A stretch of DNA of 55,594 nucleotides from Octopus bimaculoides (Eukaryota), in NCBI RefSeq assembly GCF_001194135.2, contig NC_068988.1, forward strand, positions 24,929,523 to 24,985,116. Direction: 5' to 3'. Positions 1 to 11,109 of the stretch are shown here, piece by piece. The stretch's first letter is position 1; each line of letters opens with the position of its first letter. The position numbers and the translations under genes are program-made. The notes beneath the pieces are model-generated. The model saw nothing but the letters and a program-made list of their open reading frames with translations. It did not search any database and was not told the origin of the DNA.

Positions 1-31
<31 letters not shown>

Positions 32-54
32 GTATATATATACATATTTCGTAT

Positions 55-335
55 GTGTATTTCGTGTGCAAGATTCTTGATGTGGATACGTGTGTTGAAA
101 GAAATACAATTAAACCTTGGGAGAGGCATTATGCCGGTAATAAACACAAGCACTGGTTCAGTCCTTTATTAATTTATATAGTTTTTTGTTAAATTATTTC
201 ATTGCACTCTTGCAATCTCTTCAGAGAACTTAGGAAGTGGTAAATATCCATGTGAGGTGTGTACCGCAGTTTACTCTTCAGGCCAAAGATATTTTCATTC
301 AATGAAAGATTACATTGTCGCATGGAAAATTCAAA
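55..335 (-). mobile_element. Degenerate 3' end of a Penelope-like element (GIY-YIG C-terminal remnant plus pLTR)
   Basis: The minus strand reads RQCNLSLNENIF, resembling the CNLCLxEKxxI motif at the end of Penelope GIY-YIG domains. It is followed by a hammerhead-like motif and ends at a (TA)n tract. Confidence 0.45.
160..230 (-). ncRNA. Candidate degenerate type-I hammerhead ribozyme
   Basis: On the minus strand: AGTTCT, CTGAAGA (218-224), G, stem II ATTGC/GCAAT, GAAA (197-200), stem III TAATTTA/TAAATTA, then AGGACT pairing with stem I. C11.1 is missing and there are extra A residues near the cleavage site. Confidence 0.4.
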
Positions 336-387
336 TAGAATATATATATATATTGTATAAATATATATTTTGTCATCCACTCGCATT

Positions 388-810
388 TTACCATTTCCAA
401 CATCAATTCAGTCAGCTGTACTATCTCCTTTTCCCATAATATTCTGCTGAAATCTTCAAATCCAAGAAAACCGAAACGACAACCAGTACCAACATCACCC
501 CCCCATACTTATCAACGCTTTCGGCACAGTCACTGCACCATTGACACCTTCACAACAGACTACACTGAAACGACTTACGTACTCATCGCCTCGCCATCAT
601 TTCCATTACCATTTCCATCTTCAATAACACTCAAAGTCAATGTAAGCAGCAGGCTGTAATACAAAGCCATATAGGAAAAATTTAGTCGTCACTAATTGTG
701 ATATTTATATGGTTATTTCGGGTTTCGGTGTTGTTGATGTTCAAGACGTTGAGGAATGGTGTGAGAAATGGACCTGTTGGTATTGATTCTGTTGATGTTG
801 GAAATGGTAA
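388..810. repeat. Diverged inverted repeat with arms of about 90 bp (388-478 and 721-810)
   Basis: The outer 19 bp are a perfect inverted repeat (TTACCATTTCCAACATCAA at 388-406 and 792-810). The inner CCGAAAC/GTTTCGG (471-477 and 722-728) sit at matching spacing. Confidence 0.7.
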
Positions 811-1729
811 GAGCAAGAGGCTAACAGAATATACCTTTCATGTTTTAATAATGCCTGGTTAATGGATGGATGGCTGTCCTCGAAGCATGGCTAGGCACAC
901 ATATTCACACTTGTATGTACATATAAGTACATACAAGCAGGCCCACGCATATATGAGGTATGCGTACAAGATACACAACCATGCTCAGATAAATACATAA
1001 ATATGAACATAATACATAACTATTTAAATAAGAAAATAGATCTACTCTCTAACTTCACTAGACGACAATCAGAGAGTAGACAATTGTCAACAAGATTCCT
1101 TCTATTTAGAAAATTTGATATTAGAATTTCTTCAGGTTATTTTGTCAGGTTACGTTAGAATATTTCGATCTTAGTTTTTTATAGATGAAATTTGAAGCAT
1201 TGTAAAGAAATTCGAAATGTGAACTCGCTGTTGGAAGCAAAAAGTAAAAAAAATAAATGTTAATAAAGCATATAATTTTATGTTTTTCTTTTTATTGTGA
1301 ATGTTCCATATGAATTCCTCTTCAAAGACAGAAAGAATAAACCAGTTAAGGCAGACAGGATTCCTTAGGAATTCTCTTTTTACACACAGACACACGGACA
1401 GGCACATACGTATTGTGTAGTCTCGTTTTTGCTGGAGTGCGTGTGTGTAAATTATTTGTTAATTAATAATTAATGCGATGAACAATATAATATCCATATA
1501 AGGAAATGTTAACTTCTGCACTCATTTAAAATTAATTAATCATAACATGACAGAAACCACACAAGTCAATATAATCAAAATTGTAATCTTAGAGATGAAA
1601 TAAATCTCTTTGAAGGGAATATTTGATCTCTTAAAAACCAGTGTGTTACATTTTCTATAGATACTTTTTGTTGGAAAACGCATTGAAGTATACCACTATT
1701 ATACAATCGATATTTGATAGAACGAAGAA

Positions 1730-1961
1730 TAGATCGCTGTGGAAGCAGTCGAATATTATATTGCTTTAGAAGAAGAAGGGTGATAAAGAAGATCTGAGAA
1801 ATTATCACCCAATCTTCCTCCTGTCCGGTCCTCAGTAACTGTTAACAAAGATCATAGTTAAGAGATTTTTCAAATATCTCAGTGATCGACATACGAGAAT
1901 GCAAGCAGTTTTTGGAAAGAACAACAGAGCCACTGACCACATATTCCTTCCAACAGAGATT
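1730..1961 (+). mobile_element. RTE-type LINE reverse transcriptase fragment (pseudogenised)
   Basis: Translates as [34 protein letters not shown]...[16 protein letters not shown], matching the KKGD..NYRPI.LLS...EQAGFR...T.DHIF RT motifs. It has in-frame stops. Confidence 0.85.
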
Positions 1962-1973
1962 ACACACACGCGC

Positions 1974-2014
<41 letters not shown>

Positions 2015-2068
2015 CACACACATGTATGTATGCAAGTGTATATATATGTATGTGTGTATATATATACT

Positions 2069-2105
<37 letters not shown>

Positions 2106-2163
2106 CCATGTATGTGTCTATCTACCAATCTATCTATCACTCTATCTATATATTTATCTATGA

Positions 2164-2214
<51 letters not shown>

Positions 2215-2235
2215 TGTGTGTGTGTTTGTGTGTAT
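1962..2235. repeat. Compound (CA)n/(TA)n/(TATC)n/(TG)n microsatellite
   Basis: Directly visible in the sequence. Confidence 0.98.
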
Positions 2236-2236
2236 A

Positions 2237-2401
2237 GGCGCAGGAATGGTTGTGTGGTAAGTAGCTTGCTAACCAGCAACATGGTTCCGGGTTCTCATCA
2301 TACTGCGTGGCACTTTGGGTAAATGTCTTCGCCTATAACCTCGGGTTCACCATAGACTTGTGAACGTATATAGTAGACGGAAACTGAAAACAAGCTTGTC
2401 G
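2237..2401 (+). mobile_element. tRNA-derived SINE family A, 5' half
   Basis: Starts GGCGCAGG.. with A-box-like TGGTTGTGTGG and B-box-like GGTTC, followed by CTTTGGGTAAATG and TAGACGGAAACTGAAA. Homologous to 12572-12728 and 28680-28840. Confidence 0.85.
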
Positions 2402-2435
2402 TATATATATATANNNNNNNNNNNNNNNNNNNNNN

Positions 2436-2502
<67 letters not shown>

Positions 2503-2602
2503 GAGTCGTCTAAAAGACCATATGCCAGGGAAAAGATGCACTCGTATATCTGTCAATAGAGTGGGTATATTATCCGAAATATATACTATTTTAGATTCAT
2601 CA

Positions 2603-2678
2603 CGGCTGATTTTACCAATTGCCCGTTTCGTTAGGTAGCAATCCGATTATATAACCTTACGATCATCAGAGTTAGCCG
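2603..2678 (-). ncRNA. Type-I hammerhead ribozyme motif (left arm, partly degenerate)
   Basis: On the minus strand: CGGCT, CTGATGA (2663-2669), shortened stem II, GAAAC (2625-2629), CAATTG, GTA (2613-2615), AGCCG. Confidence 0.55.
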
Positions 2679-2780
2679 ATATGGAAGGGAATACGGCAAC
2701 TGCTATTTATAGAGAGAAATCACCATATTGCCTTCTTTAAATAATCGAATTGTTAGCAGTCACCAAATTCCCTTCCCTAT

Positions 2781-2872
2781 CGGCTAATTCTGACGAGCGT
2801 AAGGTATTATAATCGGATTGTTACCTAACACTCTATTGGCTACCTTGCGAGAAACCGATTGGTAAGATCAGC
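2781..2872 (+). ncRNA. Type-I hammerhead ribozyme motif (right arm)
   Basis: CTGACGA at 2790-2796; stem II GCGTAAGGTA (2797-2806) with TACCTTGCGA (2841-2850); GAAA at 2851-2854; stem III ACC-GATT-GGT; GUA site with predicted cleavage after 2864; interrupted stem I. Confidence 0.7.
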
Positions 2873-3240
2873 AGTGATGTATATATAATATATTTCAGAT
2901 AATATATATACGTGTGTGTATGTGTGTGTATGCGTGTGTGTGCGCGCGCGCAAGCTATCAATAAATTTTAATTTCTACTTCCTTTTGTTTTGTTGTCTTT
3001 TAATCAAAAACAGATTAATAACACATTTCAAACGTTGACTGGATTCATTATAGTGTATTGTTGCCATTTAGAAATCGATGCTTCATTTGCTAGATATAAG
3101 CGACAAAGCACTTCTAACATGGTGACGTTATATATTTACATTGTAGTCTTATATACGTTACGCTTGAAGAAAACGTTATCGTCTCTCCTTAAAAGTCTTT
3201 GATCAAAGGTGACCTCGATTGCGGCAGAGTTGAGAATAAA

Positions 3241-3241
3241 C

Positions 3242-3282
<41 letters not shown>

Positions 3283-3397
3283 CACTGATATATGTTATTA
3301 ATACTTGAACGATGGAGAACTAAATTGACTATTTGACAGTTCCTGCTCCATCTGATGTGTATCCACATTTCATTAAATATGCAAAATGTCTATGAAG

Positions 3398-3488
<91 letters not shown>

Positions 3489-3595
3489 CACACACACCCT
3501 CACACAGAGGCACACACGCACACACACACACACACACACTCACAAACACACGCATGCACTCTCAAATACGGTGTATGTGTGTGTGTGTGTCTGTA
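3241..3595. repeat. (AAT)n at 3241-3283 and long (TA)n/(CA)n/(TG)n at 3400-3595
   Basis: Directly visible in the sequence. Confidence 0.95.
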
Positions 3596-6100
3596 TGCGT
3601 TTCCTAGGTATTGTTGTTAGTGATTACAGTAGTTTTGCCGCCCTAGCTATTATGGACACCAATAATTTTACGAGACGCAAAGATGCTTCTAATGGTCGAT
3701 CGAGCTGCTGGAAACGGGAAACAAACTTCTATTAAATTACACTCTTCAATTTTTAGTCAGGGAAGAAACATTGGATAATGTACTCCTACACGTCTCTTTA
3801 TGACTTGTTGGTCATAATGGGGATGACATTAATCATAGTCGTTCTAGATTAAGGGTTGCATGCGTACAAACCGAACCACAACAAAGAATTGAGGCTGTGC
3901 GTGCGTGAAGTCACATGTATATAAATAATTTTTCATTAAAAGAATTTAGAAATTCGAGAGATATGAAGTATATATATATATTTTACAGTCGAACTCGAAG
4001 CAAATAAGGTTATAAATAATTGGTTTAAAAATCTTTGGGTAGAAAATATTCAAAGGCTGCTTATGAATCTCGAACTCACATCAGTAAACATGTAAAACGT
4101 TGTAATGATTAAACCAAAACGACACTTCGGATTTTCTCCATTTATTTTAGAAACTTTATATATTTAAAAGCGAAAATTGTTTGTTGTTTACATTATAAGA
4201 AAGTTCAAGAGAGTCGCTGCTAAGAACAACGTTTCCAAAATAATTGAAGAAAGTTCAAAGGATTACTTTGCTTATGACATATCTGCAGGAGATGTGCGTT
4301 GGAGTTCCAAAGGCAGCTTTCGAAATTTTCATCCAGTAGTCTAAACACTTTTCTTTGTAGCTTGATTTGCTTCCAGTCGCATCGTTCAAACGATATACTC
4401 CCCCCCATCACCATATACACAAAGACACACACACACATACACGCACGCACATGCGTGCGCACACACACATGCGCGCACACACACAAACACATACACACAT
4501 GGTATGTTAAACAAAATATCTAGGATAAAACATTGGTCGAGAGACAAATTAAATTAATGGAAATATATGTTTAAAAAAAGCAGAAATTCATTGTAATTAA
4601 AGTTGAGTTAAATGATAAGAATAAATTATCTTTTAAATGAATTATATTTTCAGACTATGTTTATAAGGAAATAAATTTAATTATAAGAAAGTAATTTTAA
4701 GCATAAAGAAAGAAATGTTTACTGGAATAAGTTCATTTATTTCCACTTCAAAGGTAGACTACAATATTATTTGTATAGTCCAACGAAACAGTTAAAATTC
4801 CTTTTGATGAAATAACGATTTTAATATTCTTTGGTATAAGGGGGTAAGGTGGGAGCGAAAGGAGGGGACTTCTTAAAATTGCTATCGAAGCATCAAGTAA
4901 CTGCTGTTATTTACGTAGAACGTCTAACACAGTATCAACATTTGAATATGATATAACTACGTAATTAAAATATATATAACAGTTTTAAAAATGATCATTT
5001 ATGTAATGCAAAATATAAGGCCTTGTTGTACACATACCATGCAAGACAATCGATTAATGATTCATGATATCGTTCACGATTCTTTTGCCAAAAAACATAA
5101 GGCTTCTAAAAGTACTTTTGGACTGGAATCACTACATTCCGCGGATTTTTTGAAGCTTATAAAAAGCGTGCAAGAAGTCCTTTATTGGAAAACAGACATG
5201 CTTATTAACCAAAATGAGAATGATTTATCATTATTTTACCGAAACCTATACTCAAGAATTACATTTTCCCCTTAGTAGTGGAGAGAGGTGAAGGAAAGCA
5301 AGGTGGACGTTAATGTTAATTCCAAATAAACGAACGACAGATAAGCAGCCATCTCGAAATAAATGCTGATAACAGTTATAGACTGACAGACCTCCAACCA
5401 GGAGCAATTGGCTTCCAGCTTAGCATAGCATCGGCCGAATGAAGAGCGGCAACATAATTCTTACCCTTTCTTCCTTCGTGGCAGCAGATCCCAGAGCTTT
5501 CACACTACCAACTACCAGTGAGCGACCAGCGCATTGTACAACTGTGGATCATTACCACAGCAGGTTCTCACACCAACAGACCATTGCCTTACAGCAAAAT
5601 AGTTTTAGTAATTCTTTAAAATGTATTTAAACTCTGATGTATATCCCAGCTTTTCTGCGAGTATTATGCATTTTACAATGCCTTTACTTCAAGGAACATT
5701 TGTGGAAAGCACATTTACCGAAAAGAGAAACAACAGGTATGCAAGCAAGCGCGTGTTTGCCTCGCATATCGGAAGACATTTTACAAGCTTGTTGACTCGT
5801 GCCTAGAGTAGAAAATACTTAAGGAAGGTATTGAAAAGTCGGTTCGAACCTATTACTATGTTATCAACATTTTAACTAAGTTGTTAAATCTGCATTCAAT
5901 ATTTTCTCCATATCATTACTAACTTGATGTAACAAGAAACGTAAATGAAGCGATGTAGATTTTAGGAAACTACACTTTCTCTAAAAATATAAAGAAACAC
6001 TCTACAAAGGGAGGTGAAAACTAGTGATTAATTTGATCTAGATTAAAACCAGCTCTTTTAAAAAATATAATCTTGAAAACTTGAAATCAGAAAACAATTT

Positions 6101-6447
6101 GACCCTCTGCAAAAAACAAACAACACAAAACAAACCCAAAATATAAAACAAAACACACAAAACATTAAACAAAACACGCACAAAAATAAAACAAAACACA
6201 CAAAAAGTAAAATAAAACGCACAAAAAATAAAAGAAAATAAAAATAAAACGAAACAAAAAATAAGAGAAAACACACAAAAATAAAACGAAACACAAAAAT
6301 AAAACAAATGACACAAAGATAAAACAAAACACACAAAAAATAAAAGAAAACAAAAAATAAAAGAAAACACAAAAATAAAAGAAAACACACAAAAATAAAA
6401 CAAAACTCACAAAAAATAAAACAAAACACAAAAAATAAAACAAAACA
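6101..6447. repeat. A-rich degenerate minisatellite, unit of about 20-23 bp (AAAAATAAAACAAAACACAC)
   Basis: The unit is visibly repeated and explains the F/C/V-rich minus-strand ORFs at 6038-6471. Confidence 0.85.
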
Positions 6448-6913
6448 GTAAAAGTCGGCTGTTATCTGCAATCTGAAATACTTTTATACAATGAATTATA
6501 TTAACTACTTTAATATTATGAATTGCGAATATGAAATAATTTTTAGCTATGTAAATGAAATTAAAAAGAAATATAATATTGAGATATTTCGCTTGTTTAG
6601 TCAGGATAATTGTGACGACAGAAATATTGGCAACTGATACTGAAATCCGTGTAGAGAATACGATTCAGAGATAATGCACCATTATAACATTTGACCCTTT
6701 AAAATATGTTATTAAAACACAGACATATTGAAGCAAAAATACTCTATTTTTATCCGGAATTCCAGAACTATAGAATCTTACGTATCTAATGGTCAGAGTG
6801 CCTCATCAGATTTATATAATAAATGCTAATTTCATTTGCAGTGCATACTTCAACAGTAGCGGTAACTTGTTAATTAAGCTAAATCACTTAGGGAACCGGC
6901 TAATCAGTCTAGT

Positions 6914-7297
6914 TGTCGGCACTCCGTCGCTTACGACGTCGAGGGTTCCAGTTGATCCGATCAACGGAACAGCCTGCTCGTGAAATAAACGTGCAAGTGG
7001 CTGAGCATTCCACAGACACGTGTACCCATAACGTAGTTCTCAGGGATATTCAGCGTGACACAGTATGACAAGGCTGACCCTTTGAATTACAGGCACAAGA
7101 GAAACAGGAAGTTTTAATGAGAGAAAGTTGTTTTGGCAGAGTGCAGCAGGGTTCCCCAGCATCCCCTGCCGGATCCTCGTGGAGCTTTTTAGGTGTTTTC
7201 GCTCAATAAGCACTCACAACGCCTGGTCTGGGAATCGAAACCGCGATCTTATGACCGCGAGACCGCTGCCCCAACCATTGGGCCATTGCGCCTCCAC
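6914..7297 (-). mobile_element. Full-length tRNA-derived SINE family B with a 12-bp TSD
   Basis: Reverse complement of the copy at 42128-42551. Flanked by the direct repeat AATCAGTCTAGT at 6902-6913 and 7298-7309. Confidence 0.92.
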
Positions 7298-7509
7298 AAT
7301 CAGTCTAGTATCCCAACGGAAAAATGTTTTGAATTTTACACTTTTGAAAGTTGGGAATCATTTAAAAAATAAAATGCTCGCATATTGACATTATTAGAAA
7401 GGTCTCGGAATAAAAGCAATGTAAGAAATTATCAACTTTGGTAGAATTTAAAATTTAAATGTAACTGATGCCATATCTTTGTCAATCTGAATAGGTGTTG
7501 TCTGTATTA

Positions 7510-7725
7510 CGAGGAAGAGCTGAACACTTTCTGGCTTTAAGAGTATCACCAAAGCCCTGTTGGAGGGTCAGCATTCTGTGTTCTTTTACAGGACTTACAA
7601 AAACTGAAGGACCGCTGCAATGAGTATGTGAATCCGAGAGGGGAATATGTTGAAAAAATCATAATCAACTGAATCTCCCGCATTTATTTTTACTCAAAGC
7701 CAGGAACTTTTCACCCCCCCCCCCG
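7510..7725 (+). mobile_element. Mariner-type non-autonomous deletion derivative
   Basis: TA at both ends; imperfect TIRs CGAGGAAGAGCTGAACACTTTCTGGCTTT and AAAGCCAGGAACTTTTCACCCCCCCCCCG. The interior encodes KLKDRCNEYVNPRGEYVEK, like a mariner transposase C-terminus. Confidence 0.8.
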
Positions 7726-8331
7726 TATATGATGTATAACAGTTCTTACAAACTTGTTACCAGTTCAAATATGATCGAGGTATATAATAAAGCCATTCAC
7801 TGTTGCTTGTCACGGAGAAAATGTCTCGCAGTAGACAAATAGGTGTAAACTCACGTGGTCAGTTCAAAGCCCTCAACCTAACCAGACTGACGGTTGCATG
7901 CATTTTAGAGTGGGTAAATCTCAGGGAAATACATCAATCTGGTTAGAAGGAGTCCTCCTTCTTTTGTATGTTTGCTGAACGGCCCTCGACTCCTACATCA
8001 AGGCGTTGTACTTTTTGTCTTGTGTGGTATCCACACATCATTCTCACATTAGAGTAAGGCCATTTAGTGGCTTAGTCAGTGAACTCCCCAGTATAACGTA
8101 TAAAGAAGGTTAAAAGTGTCTACTAGAATCGGTTATGTGCTAACAGGCTGCAATAATACATATTCTTTTCAAAATATATTTCTTGTCCCTCTCTCACCTC
8201 TCTTTCTTCTCCCCTCTCTCCTCTTTCTCCCTCCTCCCTCTCCGTCTTCTTTCTCTTCCCCTTTTGCTTTGTTTCATGTATGTTTGTATGTTTGTGAGTG
8301 TGTGCGGGTGAGTAGCTTATGAATATAATAG

Positions 8332-8367
<36 letters not shown>

Positions 8368-9343
8368 AACTAGAACTAGAATTGGCGATGTACTAGTTAA
8401 ACTTATAATTAGATTTAGCTCTGGTCCAATAGTTTACATATAATTATGAGACGAGTGCAGTCCTGTTGAAATTTAATCTAAATAATTGTCTCCACAGAAA
8501 ACTCTTTTGTCTTTAAATTGAAAAAAATAAATAAATAAATTGTGAAAAAACCCGGAGCGAATAAATAAATCACATTGAAGTAAAACAACACGATACATAA
8601 ATAAACAGCAGTTCTTTTTTAACGGTTTTGCTGTAAATGAACGAATTTAATTCCCAATTCAACGACTATTTTGATTATTTTTTTTCACTCGTTATCTATT
8701 ATTTTCTTTGTCTATTTATTTATTTGTTTATTTGTTTATATTTTTTTTTTCGAATCGTTTGACATTCCGTTACATCGTATAATGTTTGGTGGTGTGTGGT
8801 GAGGTCACCAGTAATGGTTGTTACAATCTTCAAGTAAAATCATAGTTTCTTCCATTAAAACACACTGTAATTTCTTAGAGAAATTTAACTGTGATTAAAT
8901 ATCTAATTTCAGCAACAGAATGTTATTAACCGGATGTGCGACAGAGTTAATTGTTGCTAATACCATTTTTTTCTTTCTTTCTCCATTATACTCCAACCAT
9001 AATGAAAATATACTCGATGCCACTGTCTAGTCATCACCTTATTACATCATGACTAAATGTCTTCCAATATGTCTCTTGTTATGTTTATTAACCAGGATTC
9101 TATGGCATAAACAAGCCAAGGAAAAAAAAAGAATTTTTTTTCTTGATAATCTTTACAAACACGCTATAAATTACAAACAATTTGCCCGTTTCAAAACAGA
9201 CACATTATGTTGCTAGGCATAACTTCAATTCAGGCTTTCACTCGCATTTTCTTTCGCTCACTTTATTTTTCTTCTTCCTTTTTCCTTCAGTCTATCTCTC
9301 CTAAGTTCAGTTCGTGCTCGTGAGCGTGTGTATGTGCACGTGC

Positions 9344-9375
<32 letters not shown>

Positions 9376-10009
9376 NNNNNNNNNNNNNNNNNNNNNNNNN
9401 NNNNNNNNNNNNNNNNNNNNNNNNNNNNNNNNNNNNNNNNNNNNNNNNNNNNNNNNNNNNNNNNNNNNNNNNNNNNNNNNNNNNNNNNNNNNNNNNNNNN
9501 NNNNNNNNNNNNNNNNNNNNNNNNNNNNNNNNNNNNNNNNNNNNNNNNNNNNNNNNNNNNNNNNNNNNNNNNNNNNNNNNNNNNNNNNNNNNNNNNNNNN
9601 NNNNNNNNNNNNNNNNNNNNNNNNNNNNNNNNNNNNNNNNNNNNNNNNNNNNNNNNNNNNNNNNNNNNNNNNNNNNNNNNNNNNNNNNNNNNNNNNNNNN
9701 NNNNNNNNNNNNNNNNNNNNNNNNNNNNNNNNNNNNNNNNNNNNNNNNNNNNNNNNNNNNNNNNNNNNNNNNNNNNNNNNNNNNNNNNNNNNNNNNNNNN
9801 NNNNNNNNNNNNNNNNNNNNNNNNNNNNAAAATTCTTCATTTTTTTTCCATAAATATATATAATTTATATAAAGGGCATTAACTGTGTAGTAATGCCTCA
9901 CGCTTCGAGGGACTAAATAAGTCAAAAACTACCAAAAAATAAGCAACATATTTACCGAAAGCGAGGGAATGCAGCTTTCAAAATTAATCTCTTAAAAACA
10001 TTTAACTTA

Positions 10010-10086
10010 ACGGTAAACCACTGGTTTCTCAATCAAATACAGAAAGACTGTGAAGTAATCAGCATCTTTTGTTCATCAGTACACGT
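10010..10086 (-). ncRNA. Candidate type-I hammerhead ribozyme (left arm)
   Basis: Mirror of 10450-10526: CTGATGA at 10073-10079 and GAAA at 10025-10028. Stem I ACG-T-GTA / TAC-CGT is fully paired in this copy. Confidence 0.55.
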
Positions 10087-10449
10087 ATGGTCAAGATACA
10101 TAAAAATAAACAAGAATCAACATACCGACGAATGTACCCAACACAGTACGATGACTTTTGTTCATAATTATATATCCATGAAAGATATTTGAATTTATCC
10201 GGCTGCATCTCAGTAACACGCTGACTACTTGATAAATTCTTATAAAGATTTTATCCTATATTATATTATAAATAATTAGAATATATTCAGTGCTGAATAT
10301 TATTCTGTATAAGCACATGTTACTGAGATGCAACCGGATAAATTCAAATCTCTTTCATGGATATATAATTATGAACAGAAGTCATCGGACTGTGTTGGGT
10401 ACATTCGTTGGTATGTTGATTCTTGTTTATTTTTATGTATCTCGACCAT

Positions 10450-10526
10450 ACGTGTACTGATGAACAAAAGATGCAGATTACTTCACAGTTTTTCTGTATT
10501 TGATTGAGAAACCAGTGGTTTACCAT
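10450..10526 (+). ncRNA. Candidate type-I hammerhead ribozyme (right arm)
   Basis: CTGATGA at 10457-10463; stem II including ATGCAGA/TCTGTAT; GAAA at 10508-10511; stem III ACC-AGT-GGT; GUU site at 10518-10520; stem I GTA/TAC. Confidence 0.55.
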
Positions 10527-11069
10527 TAAGTTAAATGTTTTTAAGAGATTAATTTTGAAAGCTGCATTCCCTCGATTTCGGTAAATATGTTGCTTATCTT
10601 TTGGTAGTTTTTGACTTATTTAGTCCCTCGAAGCGTGAGGCATTACTACACAGTTAATGCCCTTTANNNNNNNNNNNNNNNNNNNNNNNNNNNNNNNNNN
10701 NNNNNNNNNNNNNNNNNNNNNNNNNNNNNNNNNNNNNNNNNNNNNNNNNNNNNNNNNNNNNNNNNNNNNNNNNNNNNNNNNNNNNNNNNNNNNNNNNNNN
10801 NNNNNNNNNNNNNNNNNNNNNNNNNNNNNNNNNNNNNNNNNNNNNNNNNNNNNNNNNNNNNNNNNNNNNNNNNNNNNNNNNNNNNNNNNNNNNNNNNNNN
10901 NNNNNNNNNNNNNNNNNNNNNNNNNNNNNNNNNNNNNNNNNNNNNNNNNNNNNNNNNNNNNNNNNNNNNNNNNNNNNNNNNNNNNNNNNNNNNNNNNNNN
11001 NNNNNNNNNNNNNNNNNNNNNNNNNNNNNNNNNNNNNNNNNNNNNNNNNNNNNNNNNNNNNNNNNNNNN

Positions 11070-11109
<40 letters not shown>

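Larger units (their letters stand above)
2598..2879. mobile_element. Fold-back element with a hammerhead motif in each arm (probable inverted Penelope-like pLTR pair)
   Basis: Arms 2598-2705 and 2754-2879 are reverse complements. The left arm has a deletion of about 19 nt and the spacer is about 48 bp. Confidence 0.75.
9870..10666. mobile_element. Long fold-back element: 349-bp arms, 99-bp spacer, hammerhead motif in each arm
   Basis: 9870-10218 is the reverse complement of 10318-10666 with about 11 substitutions counted by eye. Both arms and the spacer lie in one ungapped stretch. Confidence 0.9.

Noticed and set aside
9866-10670. Kolobok or Tc1-type MITE reading of the 797-bp fold-back (ATAA/TTAN or TA flanks, AGGG terminus)
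   Set aside because: Not excluded but not favoured: the right flank is hidden by a gap, the left is not TTAA, and the arms carry hammerhead motifs.
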